From: a virus
Lineage: Duplodnaviria; Caudoviricetes
Length of the DNA stretch: 64,000 nucleotides
Reading direction: 5' to 3' (one strand)
Virus record (IMG/VR): IMGVR_UViG_3300037501_000111
Coordinates: 224,001-288,000 of that record
Shown here: positions 40,599 to 49,150 of the stretch, in pieces
Layout: every line of letters begins with the position of its first letter
Position numbering within the stretch: position 1 is the first letter of the stretch
Position numbers and translations under genes: made by a program
The notes under the pieces: model-generated
The model's input: the letters and a program-made list of their open reading frames with translations, nothing else
Told to the model about the DNA's origin: nothing
The model's database searches: none

Positions 40599-40919
40599 AT
40601 GCGATTCCAAAATCATGAGTGCCCACTGTGCCATAAGGTTATGCGTTTTAAATCCGTTGCTGGTGTTTCAACGTTCTACTGCCCCGATACAGAGGGTGGC
40701 AATAATACTTCTCACTACGAGGTGGAGTCAGATGGTAAACAAACCATCCAACACATCTATGCTTTCCCTTATGCTATAGATAATTTTTCTAATGCAACTC
40801 GTTCTAGAGTTTATCATTGGAAAGGTAATCGCTGGCATTTTATAGCGGAAATGCCATATATCAATCCACAATCCCTCGATATACTACGACAATATCTACA
40901 CCTAGTTGCCTCTCAATGA
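40599..40919 (+). CDS. Zn-ribbon array member 12 (tag diverged, ends YLHLVASQ)
   Basis: CPLC, then CP...H. Confidence 0.75.
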   Translation: MRFQNHECPLCHKVMRFKSVAGVSTFYCPDTEGGNNTSHYEVESDGKQTIQHIYAFPYAIDNFSNATRSRVYHWKGNRWHFIAEMPYINPQSLDILRQYLHLVASQ

Positions 40920-41275
40920 CTTTAATCTGTAAATTCTGTCAGAAAGAAACAACCTACGTACCTTTAAGGGTGGCGGATAGGCGCACTTTCGAGGTGCACT
41001 ATTGTTTTAGTTGTAATGCAGAATATGTAGATTATGGCTCTGATGATGGAAAAGCTACCCATTTATATACTGAGATTGATAAGAAGATGTATAGATGGTC
41101 TGTCACAGAACATAAAGCAAAACTTTCGGGGTATGTATGGTATGTTGGCGAACCAGGGGTACCAGGCGTTGTGCCTAATAAAAGACTACGCCTACTCAAA
41201 TCGTTTGAAACTCCACCGACCATAGTCCCAAATAATGTAGAACAAAAGATACGATTTATATTATTATTCCTGTGA
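40916..41275 (+). CDS. Zn-ribbon array member 13, ends ...QKIRFILLFL
   Basis: CKFC and CFSC. Confidence 0.8.
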   Translation: MTLICKFCQKETTYVPLRVADRRTFEVHYCFSCNAEYVDYGSDDGKATHLYTEIDKKMYRWSVTEHKAKLSGYVWYVGEPGVPGVVPNKRLRLLKSFETPPTIVPNNVEQKIRFILLFL

Positions 41276-41796
41276 GACAGATCAATGTACTTGAGTATAG
41301 CTGCCCGTACTGTAATGCGGATTTGGTTGTTCACAGAGTTGATTTTTCTTATGAATCGGTAAATGGCGAATCCATCAAAACTACTTTTCAATGTGTAGGT
41401 TGCTTAGAATTTTACTACACATTAGAGAATACCCACGTTGCTAATCCAGATAATACGCCAGAGTATAAGTGCCCATACTGCCAAAACCAATGCTCTTATT
41501 TATCATTACAAGATGATTGGTCTGATTATTGGAAATGCGTACCATGTAAAACATCGTTTACGCAAACTTATAATCCAAATCATAGTGTAATTGAAATTGT
41601 CAATATGTATACTGTTATTAATAATAAAATATACGTTTTAAGACAGTTTCTTTACGAAAATCGTTCTCGTGTTGATTTGTTACCGGCCGATGAAGAAGAT
41701 ACTATTGTTATTGCACATGAATTTAACTTCTTATTTCCAAATGTGACGCCCACCAATATCCAGCAAAAACTACTTACCTATCTTGTATTCTCATGA
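41272..41796 (+). CDS. Zn-ribbon array member 14 (double ribbon), ends ...QKLLTYLVFS
   Basis: CPYC/CVGC plus CPYC/CVPC. Confidence 0.8.
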   Translation: MRQINVLEYSCPYCNADLVVHRVDFSYESVNGESIKTTFQCVGCLEFYYTLENTHVANPDNTPEYKCPYCQNQCSYLSLQDDWSDYWKCVPCKTSFTQTYNPNHSVIEIVNMYTVINNKIYVLRQFLYENRSRVDLLPADEEDTIVIAHEFNFLFPNVTPTNIQQKLLTYLVFS

Positions 41797-42119
41797 GATG
41801 CCCATATTGCAAATATCCACTAAAATTCTCTCATCATGAAAATGACAAGGAAGTTGAAGTATATGATTGCCTTAACTGCCCTATGTTAATCTTTTTATCT
41901 TTCCTAGACAAAGATGCTGAACCTATTAAGACTACATTTATGGTTGAGCGCAATGGAAGAACTTACTTGTGGACTAATGATAAGATTAAAGGATATTCTT
42001 ATATTTCAGAATTGACATTAAATCCTGGCAACCATTTGTTGCTTAAGTTGCCTAAATTGGTGGAAGTAACACCGGAAACTGTAGCGCAAAAGCTGTCATT
42101 CTACATGGTTTTTATATGA
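41793..42119 (+). CDS. Zn-ribbon array member 15, ends ...QKLSFYMVFI
   Basis: CPYC and CLNC. Confidence 0.8.
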   Translation: MRCPYCKYPLKFSHHENDKEVEVYDCLNCPMLIFLSFLDKDAEPIKTTFMVERNGRTYLWTNDKIKGYSYISELTLNPGNHLLLKLPKLVEVTPETVAQKLSFYMVFI

Positions 42120-42290
42120 GGCCATTACACAACTAACCATACTGCGGATGTACTCTTAAATACAGTCAGTTCTACGTGGACTCGTTTGATAATCCAGAGT
42201 TACAGTACATTAACTTTAGTACGGCCGATTTTAATGTATACGTTTACTTTGAAAACGGTTACTATAAGGATGTATTTACTATCCTCATGA
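42116..42290 (+). pseudogene. Degenerate Zn-ribbon array member 16
   Basis: Coupled ATG gives MRPLHN-stop-PYCGC, with TAA at the first knuckle Cys position; truncated; out-of-frame tail MYLLSS-TGA overlaps the next ATG. Confidence 0.6.
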
Positions 42291-42627
42291 AGTGCCCCAT
42301 CTGCCAAGAACATAAACTAGTTACACAATCCCTAGAAGATTGTTTTGGTCGGAAACCAGATATCTTTTGTCCTAAAGTTATTAGACTACCAGAAGGAAAG
42401 TTAGTCAATCATTATCGAGAATATTCGGTAGTAGGTGATAAAGTTAGAATTTTCGTCTGGCCCTATCGAATCATTACTTGGAAAGGCGAATCACAGGTAT
42501 CGGTGGATACCAAACGCTTAAAAAGTAATAAGCATTTCTTTAAGACCATCATGAAAGCCCCGCTCTCCATGTAGATACAGAAGATAAGTTAAGGTATAGA
42601 ATTAAGCTACTATTATTACTGTCATGA
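42287..42627 (+). pseudogene. Zn-ribbon array member 17, ends ...YRIKLLLLLS; one missing base
   Basis: MKCPIC start; adding one C to the run at 42558-42561 gives KAPALHVDTEDKLRYRIKLLLLLS-TGA coupled to the next ATG. Confidence 0.65.
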
Positions 42628-42998
42628 ATTGTAGATTTTGCCAGGCCCCAATGTTACCTATCCAGGATATCCCGCCGGATAGCGATGCCCGTGTCGATTA
42701 TGGGGTTTTATGGGAATGCCATAATTGCCCAGCTACCGTAAAACAATATGATAGAGATGAAGACTGGTTCTCCATCTTGACCCTGTATAATGGACATTGG
42801 TATGAAATCATGCAAATGTATACAGCCGCTGATTCTAAAGATCCTCCACTATTATCTATTTACAAAATTACTCTTTATGAGGACGAGTACGAGCAGCCCA
42901 ATATCAAATCTGTCCTAGCGTTGGAATTAAATATTAATGGTCAAATCACTCCACAAAATATTAATTCTAAATTATCTACTATACTAACTTTTTCATGA
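42624..42998 (+). CDS. Zn-ribbon array member 18, ends ...SKLSTILTFS
   Basis: CRFC and CHNC. Confidence 0.8.
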   Translation: MNCRFCQAPMLPIQDIPPDSDARVDYGVLWECHNCPATVKQYDRDEDWFSILTLYNGHWYEIMQMYTAADSKDPPLLSIYKITLYEDEYEQPNIKSVLALELNINGQITPQNINSKLSTILTFS

Positions 42999-43161
42999 AC
43001 TGCGAAATAAAAAACTAAAAGGTATCTGCATCGGTGGTTGTATTGATCCCGACGATTCATTTGGCCATGAACATGCAACTCATGCTCATGTTAGTGCCAA
43101 ATATAAAGGCTGGATATGTTTTAAGTACAAATATTACCTTACGTCCTCGTTTTTGACATAG
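42995..43161 (+). pseudogene. Short Cys/His-rich ORF remnant
   Basis: Coupled ATG, then an out-of-frame GICIGGCID...HATHAH...GWICF segment. Confidence 0.35.
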
Positions 43162-43208
43162 AACATAATAACTTCACTATCAGAAATGAGTCTAAATACG
43201 ATAATATC

Positions 43209-43883
43209 TTAATGACTTGCAATATTTCCACCATCCACATGAGCTGGCAAATCATCGGTGCAATAGTTTAATCCTTCCAACGGTATGTCAAAGAACTTGG
43301 CCACCTTAACCTGCGTGGCATAATCAATGCACTGGAATCTAGCCCTGGTATAATGCGGATACATCAATCGCTGTCCAACGTGTGGACTGCCCATCAAATG
43401 ACCAATCTCATGCATGGTAATTCCAAACACATCATCGTTACCAATGCGGTCGCGGACTAAATACATGTGATGTCCACCAAGCTGCTCGGTAAACCCAATG
43501 GTCCAATAACCTTTCTCATCCTGAGGCGGTATCATCTTGTTGGTGCTATCCACCTTCATAAATAACCATCCGCCTTTGTTGACCTGTTCCACTATCTTTG
43601 AAACTTCCATATCAAAGTGAGTATCCACTACCTTCAAGATAACATACCCATTCATAGCGAAGTTCCAAGCATCGATTGCTTTGTCAATCTCTACCTTGTC
43701 AGCTTCTCCAAAGTTCTTGTCAATCCAAATCGGTATCTCTCGAACTGGTGTTCCTGTATACCTAGCTTTATGACTGTAAGAATAGACTCCAAGCTTTGGC
43801 TCAGTTATTATCTTCCAACTGGATGCGCAACCAATTGCCAGCGCAGCTAAAGCTGCTAGCAATACTATAATCAACACCTTCAT
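43209..43883 (-). CDS. Matrixin/M10-like zinc metalloprotease, predicted lipoprotein
   Basis: Lipobox LAIGC; AIDAWN; MHEIGHLMGSPH; Met-turn LMYP. Confidence 0.85.
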   Translation of the reverse strand: MKVLIIVLLAALAALAIGCASSWKIITEPKLGVYSYSHKARYTGTPVREIPIWIDKNFGEADKVEIDKAIDAWNFAMNGYVILKVVDTHFDMEVSKIVEQVNKGGWLFMKVDSTNKMIPPQDEKGYWTIGFTEQLGGHHMYLVRDRIGNDDVFGITMHEIGHLMGSPHVGQRLMYPHYTRARFQCIDYATQVKVAKFFDIPLEGLNYCTDDLPAHVDGGNIASH

Positions 43884-43909
43884 AATGAACCCCGCCGGCA
43901 AGTATTCGT

Positions 43910-44836
43910 TTACTTGAAATGCTCTTCCGAGTTGTGCTTGTCCAAAAAACTTCTAATGGTGTCTAAATGAACGTGAATGCCAACCTCTGGTGCCCTAGCT
44001 AAACGAATGGTAATTCCTACTAGCTCTCCATAATCATTGAAACATCCACCACCAGAATTGCCATAGAAAATTGGTATCTGTACCTGCATGTATGGCCCCT
44101 TTGCATCATCACGACCAGCACTTAAACGCTTGTAATGATCTGCATCACGATAAGCAGCAACTTGTCCAGACATGTAAGTCCAGTACAAACCAGTCTGATG
44201 CCCAACTACATTAACATGCTCGCCTAATTCAGGCGTTTCCTTAGCTAGTCTAGCAATAGTATGAGGCGGCTGTAGTTGCCCCTGTACCTCAAGCAATGCT
44301 AAGTCATGAGGCTCATCCCAAGCTACTACCTTGCTCAAATGCCATCCACTTGGCTCAGCAGCTACTCCCATAACTTCTTTCTCAACAATATAATGAATCT
44401 TCAATCCCTTCTTCTCTACCTTGTCGGCTTCTTGTAATCCACCACCCCCAAATAATCTCTGTAACAATTCCTGTAGAGTCTTTGGCTTTTCCTTATCGCC
44501 TTCCTTGCGCTTGTCCAGTCTGTCTTGTTGCCATTCAAGCTCTCCATCAACACAATGATTAGCGGTCAAGATATGCTTGTCATCAACCCAAACTCCCGTG
44601 CAGTACGGACGGTATCCAGTCGTCACTGTGGTCTCTTTATCATCACGATATCCCATCAATGCTACCGTTGAACCACCTTCCATTGCAATCAGTTCAGAAT
44701 TACTTAGTTTGATGCGTAATTCCTGCTTTACTATGGGCGGAACTACCCCAAAACTCTTCGATAAGCATCCAGCACATCCTGCGCCAAGTAATGTTCCCAA
44801 AACAACCAATAGAAGAAGATTCAAATAACGTTTCAT
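43910..44836 (-). CDS. Trypsin-like serine protease, predicted lipoprotein
   Basis: Signal ...LLGAGC; LTANHC, HDLALL, GNSGGG catalytic triad. Confidence 0.9.
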   Translation of the reverse strand: MKRYLNLLLLVVLGTLLGAGCAGCLSKSFGVVPPIVKQELRIKLSNSELIAMEGGSTVALMGYRDDKETTVTTGYRPYCTGVWVDDKHILTANHCVDGELEWQQDRLDKRKEGDKEKPKTLQELLQRLFGGGGLQEADKVEKKGLKIHYIVEKEVMGVAAEPSGWHLSKVVAWDEPHDLALLEVQGQLQPPHTIARLAKETPELGEHVNVVGHQTGLYWTYMSGQVAAYRDADHYKRLSAGRDDAKGPYMQVQIPIFYGNSGGGCFNDYGELVGITIRLARAPEVGIHVHLDTIRSFLDKHNSEEHFK

Positions 44837-45039
44837 GCAGAAACCCCCGCAATTTAACTTGATTACTGACATAAGCTCCGACTCTTTCGGCCCTAGTGAA
44901 ACCAAGATTTAAGGATACGAAAATATACACCAATTCTACATAGGAATTTATCAATTGTATTAACGAATTGCGTCATATAGTAAATGGTATACTCAAATCA
45001 ATCCGCTTGTTTACCCCTTAATAGGATAGCTGTATGGTA

Positions 45040-45483
45040 CTACTTGGTCAATCCATTATCTGACCAGTCATGCCAGTGTGCTTCAAATTTGCTCCTAGAA
45101 AGACGTCCGTACCGCCCTGCTATGCTGCGGTCCATCAAGATGATATCGTCATTTATAATATTGACCAGCACCGCATAATGCCCATCTTCCCAAATACCCT
45201 CAAAGTCAGTATGCTCGTCATATTGCCCCCAGGCTTGTATATTTAGGATAGCCGTGTATCCTAACTGTAAATATTCCTTTAGGTCATTAATAGTTGGTTT
45301 ATTACGATATACTACCTCTAGACCAAATGATTGTGCCACATTGATAATATCTCAACCACTAGTGCCATCTTCATCGGTATTGAGTAAAGGATATAATTCT
45401 GGCTCTCGACGACAACTAGCTAGAGCAGCAGCTCCACAACTGTATTCGTAAGCTTGTCGTACAAGAGATACTAGTGTTGGCAT
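45040..45483 (-). pseudogene. C39-like cysteine peptidase with an in-frame TGA
   Basis: MPTLVSLVRQAYEYSCGAAALASC...GTSG-TGA(45352-45354)-DIINVAQ...DGHYAVL...LMD; Q/C/H/D catalytic residues are present. Confidence 0.7.
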
Positions 45484-45783
45484 GGCACAACAGATGCCTT
45501 ATTAGCCCATGAATATTAGTAGTCTCAAATTATATAGTTTATAATGCGATAAGATGCTTTAAGTATTGGGTGAATTATATTAATTTGAATATGGGGTGCC
45601 TATATCCTGTATTGGGGCTAATGGGACGAGAATAGTTATGCAGATCATATCGTGGTCACTATAAATACACCGTCTGAGTGAAGTTTAGACCTTAAGATAA
45701 CGTATAGCCCCCCTTGGGGAGGCGACCTACCACCTCATGCGCACTCCGCCCACACTTTTCCAGCCAGCCTGAAATGAGGGTTT

Positions 45784-45894
45784 TGGCCTGGTTCTTGCAA
45801 TTCAGTTTTGGCATTCTGTTTGCATTTTGCTAATAGCTATACCAACTATATGTAGTATTATTGAATACTAATCATACATGGCATACGTTTTGCA
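45784..45894 (+). promoter_or_regulatory. Three tandem sigma54 (-24/-12) consensus motifs
   Basis: TGGCCTGGTTCTTGCA (45784), TGGCATTCTGTTTGCA (45809), TGGCATACGTTTTGCA (45879); each is GG-N10-GC. Confidence 0.6.
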
Positions 45895-45983
45895 AAAATC
45901 AATGAATATGCCAAGGGCGCAGCGCACTTACCCTGTTGGCTCCCATTCACGGGCTGCACTTACCCAGGATTGGAGGTTGAACG

Positions 45984-46448
45984 ATGAACAAGAGCCAGGT
46001 TTCCGCCATCCTTGCCCGAGATCCGTACGCCGTGACCAAGGCGATCGTGCTTCTCTTCTCCTACCAGACGGTGGGGGAGCGTCGCACATCGACCACGGTG
46101 GAGGACAACGGGGTCGGTTTCAACGCAGTGCACGCCAAGAACGCCTCTTACTGGGCGAGGTGGGTGCTCGGGGTCGGACTGAACACCCCAGCCCACATCG
46201 TGGACGACAAGGTGCGACACTACCTGACCGGCGACAACTGCCGACAGTACCGCACTCTCACCGGCTCCTACCTGGTGGAGGCACGTCGGGTGGCCGCCCA
46301 CTACTGGCGACAACTCGCCGCAGCGGCCAAGGCTAAGGCTAAGGCAAAGCTCGTGCCAATCGTCGAGCACCGCGGCACCGACATGTCGCACATGCTGCGA
46401 CAGTTCGACCGCTTCCAGGTCCACCCCGGCATCACGCAGCATGTCTGA
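45984..46448 (+). CDS. Conserved phage hypothetical protein
   Basis: GGAGG RBS; strong G/C third-position bias; AIxxLxxxQTxxE...T...NGVGF motif. Confidence 0.75.
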   Translation: MNKSQVSAILARDPYAVTKAIVLLFSYQTVGERRTSTTVEDNGVGFNAVHAKNASYWARWVLGVGLNTPAHIVDDKVRHYLTGDNCRQYRTLTGSYLVEARRVAAHYWRQLAAAAKAKAKAKLVPIVEHRGTDMSHMLRQFDRFQVHPGITQHV

Positions 46449-46460
46449 CATGTAGGTTGA

Positions 46461-46495
46461 AAGGGGAGGGTGGCGCTAGCCACCCTCCCCTTCTT
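46461..46495 (+). terminator. Terminator-like hairpin
   Basis: Perfect 14 bp stem AAGGGGAGGGTGGC-GCTA-GCCACCCTCCCCTT. Confidence 0.7.
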
Positions 46496-46505
46496 ACGTT
46501 GTGGG

Positions 46506-46521
46506 CGGCATAGCCATTGCA
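46506..46521 (+). promoter_or_regulatory. Sigma54-like promoter motif
   Basis: CGGCATAGCCATTGCA followed by GGGTGCA. Confidence 0.6.
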
Positions 46522-46633
46522 GGGTGCAAAGCATGTGCCAGGCAAGTTTGCCCCACGTAAACCGCCGCCTCCCATTCACTGCCAGTCCAGACCGAGAAGC
46601 GTCCACACCAACCCGAACGCAGGAGCCACCGCC

Positions 46634-47260
46634 ATGGGTCTCGCTGACATCATCGCGCTCGTTTCGTCTGCTCACGTCGACCCCACCATCGCGCCCGAGA
46701 TTGACGACTCGCCCGAGATCGTCGAGACGGTTATCGGCCGCAATCTCCCCAAGCCTGTGCGAGGCAAGAAGCAGGTCGCTTCCATTCACGACGGCCCCAA
46801 GGTGTTCGGCGTGACCCTGCCCGAACGCAACACGCTGGACGCCAAGAGCTTCCTTCTCGCTGTTCGCAACGCGGGCAAGCGGCCCAACGCCAAGGGAGCC
46901 ATGGTCTTCGACAAGGCCCACGAGCGCAACGATCTCATCTGTGCTATCCACGCTTACGTTGGGTACGATACCCGACGTGATTTCGGCCCGCAGGACACCG
47001 AGGCGCGGGCCAAGGCCCAGCGCGAGCTGAGGGACGGTGTCACCCCTGGTCCCACCAGGGAGGAGAAGCGGAGTGCAGAGCGTAGCCTGTCGGGCTACGT
47101 GGCTGGCATGCCGCGCCCGGCTCAGAAGCTCCTCGCCAATCTCAGGGCTAGGGAGCAAGCGGCAGCCGAGGCGATGATCGACGCCAAGACCCCGGAGGAG
47201 AAGGTAACATACAAGCACCTCCTCGACACCATTCGTAAGGCCATCGACGAGTTGGTCTGA
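46634..47260 (+). CDS. Hypothetical early protein (208 aa)
   Basis: AGGAG RBS before MGLADII; GC3-rich. Confidence 0.75.
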   Translation: MGLADIIALVSSAHVDPTIAPEIDDSPEIVETVIGRNLPKPVRGKKQVASIHDGPKVFGVTLPERNTLDAKSFLLAVRNAGKRPNAKGAMVFDKAHERNDLICAIHAYVGYDTRRDFGPQDTEARAKAQRELRDGVTPGPTREEKRSAERSLSGYVAGMPRPAQKLLANLRAREQAAAEAMIDAKTPEEKVTYKHLLDTIRKAIDELV

Positions 47261-47280
47261 CCCACATAAGGCTCACATCC

Positions 47281-47329
47281 CGAAGGGCTCACACCTGGCG
47301 GGGTGTGGGCCTTTCGCTTTTTCTTTTTT
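47281..47329 (+). terminator. Rho-independent terminator
   Basis: CGAAGGGCTCACACC...GGTGTGGGCCTTTCG followed by a T tract. Confidence 0.8.
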
Positions 47330-47350
47330 CGCGATGTAGGGAAAAGTGGT

Positions 47351-47366
47351 TGGCATAGCCATTGCA
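47351..47366 (+). promoter_or_regulatory. Sigma54-like promoter motif
   Basis: TGGCATAGCCATTGCA followed by GGGTGCA. Confidence 0.65.
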
Positions 47367-47582
47367 GGGTGCATATGCGCGAGAAGAGGCGCCTTCCATT
47401 CACTGGCAATCGGAGTCGAAAGGTGCAGCAACGGACGGCAGCAAGGCAAGCAAGCCAGCGCACTAGGCGCAAGTCGTTCGCTACTGTATGCGACCACACA
47501 CGGCAGCAAGGTTCATACCAGGGGCTTGACCCCAAGTCGTGAATAGGCGCCTCCCATTCACCGCCAGACAGCGAGGTTGAGC

Positions 47583-47753
47583 ATGACAGCGAACGAAGCG
47601 TACGAACGAGGGAAAGCGGACGCCAGGCGTGAGAAGGCGCCCCTCTTCCGCTGCACTCGCCATGGGTACGAGCCCACGGTCGATGATGACATGGCGGATA
47701 ACTGGACGCAAGAAGATCGTTTCCACTACGTCCAGGGTTACGACCACGGCTAG
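47583..47753 (+). CDS. Small protein (56 aa)
   Basis: Manual translation MTANEAYERGKADARREKAP...FHYVQGYDHG; GAGG RBS; follows the motif at 47551. Confidence 0.6.
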   Translation: MTANEAYERGKADARREKAPLFRCTRHGYEPTVDDDMADNWTQEDRFHYVQGYDHG

Positions 47754-47934
47754 CGCCGGTCCTACGAACAACGGTTGAGCCAAGCGGCTCCCATTCACGA
47801 CGAAATCGAGTGCGGAAGTTGCAATCGCCCCTCACGGCAGCAGGCACCAACGGTGCGGCACCATCGAGTGCAAGTCGAGAGGGGCGGTTGCCTCCCATTC
47901 ACAACGAACGTCACCACAACGAAGGAGCATCATC

Positions 47935-48120
47935 ATGAAAAACGTCGATCTCTCGGTCTCTGGCGACACCCTCGTCATCAAGGTCAGCCTCAAGGCGCCC
48001 CGCACGGCCAGCGCCTCTGGCAAGTCGGATGTCATCGCCTCCACGGAGGGGAACGTCAGCATCCCCGGCTTCCCCAACATCAAGCTCGGTCTCAATTGCT
48101 ACACCCCTAAGGGCAAGTAA
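47935..48120 (+). CDS. Small conserved protein, paralogue of 52837..53013
   Basis: AAGGAG RBS; SxSGKSxxIASTEGN...IKLGLN. Confidence 0.8.
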   Translation: MKNVDLSVSGDTLVIKVSLKAPRTASASGKSDVIASTEGNVSIPGFPNIKLGLNCYTPKGK

Positions 48121-48357
48121 CGCCCTTCGGCCAGCTAGTCGCCCCGTGCAATCCCGAGTCTTCTGTCAGGCTCAAAAGGGACACGGGGCGACTAGCCTAG
48201 TTTCTGTTTCTCCAGCGTCACCAAAAGCGCACGGGGCTACGTGCGGCCTTCCAAGGTTTGAGTGACATAAGGGTTCGACTCCCTATGAATCTGTAGCATC
48301 CCGGCCCGTAGCCTTCCATTCACGGAGGCACGGGCTTGAGGTGTTGGAGGTACAACG

Positions 48358-48618
48358 ATGCGCAAGCCTTTCGACATGGCCAACAAGTACGAGTACGGCT
48401 CATACCATGACGACGAACCCACCATCAAAACGCAGGTGCCTGCGTTTCTCCCCAAGGTCATCGTGGATGATGATGCGGAAGACGACGAGCCCACGCTGCC
48501 TAGCTTGCGCAATCCCTTCCACGAAGAGAAGCGCTATCCTGGGATCGGTCTGCTGATCGTCCTGTTCAGCGGAGCACTCTTTTGGGGTGCGGTCTTGTGG
48601 TTCTTCGTCTGGCACTGA
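48358..48618 (+). CDS. Small protein with a C-terminal TM helix
   Basis: GGAGG RBS; duplicated DDEPT(I/L) motif. Confidence 0.65.
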   Translation: MRKPFDMANKYEYGSYHDDEPTIKTQVPAFLPKVIVDDDAEDDEPTLPSLRNPFHEEKRYPGIGLLIVLFSGALFWGAVLWFFVWH

Positions 48619-48807
48619 TGTGCCAAGGCGAGGTGTAGGTAAGAAGGCCACTGGTCAAGAGACCCTTGGCAAGATGCTCGTGTCCCGACATGGTGACATG
48701 TGCAAGCGCAGCGCTAATGCGCTGGAAAAGGTGAGTGCCGTCAAGAGCGCGACTCACAGGCTCCCATTCACTGATCATCGATAGCGAAAGACAACGGAGG
48801 TACGAAC

Positions 48808-49107
48808 ATGGCATATGGCATCTGGGACGTGAGCGGGAAGGTTCTGATTCCCGGCGCTCGTAAAAGCGCGAGCTTCGGTCCTGTCCGCATCGTGGACAAG
48901 GATCGGGCGACTGCCAGCCGGCATCTGGCCGCGCTGCTGAACGAGAAGTTCCGGCGGGACCTGAAAGGGGACCACCGCTTCTCGGCGGGGTACGCCCTGA
49001 TGAACCTGAAGTGGGAAGAGGTGTGCAAGAAGTCCGCCGCTCCCACGACCGCAACGGCGGTCCAGGTGTCGGAGCAGGTGCGTGCTCAGGAAGCAGCGGC
49101 CGAGTGA
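48808..49107 (+). CDS. Hypothetical early protein
   Basis: GGAGG RBS; follows the motif at 48761. Confidence 0.75.
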   Translation: MAYGIWDVSGKVLIPGARKSASFGPVRIVDKDRATASRHLAALLNEKFRRDLKGDHRFSAGYALMNLKWEEVCKKSAAPTTATAVQVSEQVRAQEAAAE

Positions 49108-49150
49108 AGCTCCCTGTTTTCCCATTCATCGCAACACGGAGGACAATGGC

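Noticed and set aside
45352-45354. TGA read as Trp or Sec in the C39 peptidase
   Set aside because: TGA is a frequent true stop here and RF2 is encoded; the gene also has an apparent deletion, so decay or error is more likely.
45483-45984. Assembly chimera between two organisms
   Set aside because: Not excluded, but disfavoured: the same 35 bp element occurs on both sides, both halves carry myxobacterial-type genes, and GC grades back down to the right.
48230-48295. Functional tRNA-Gly(TCC)
   Set aside because: Only the anticodon loop and T arm resemble tRNA; no acceptor or D stem can be formed.
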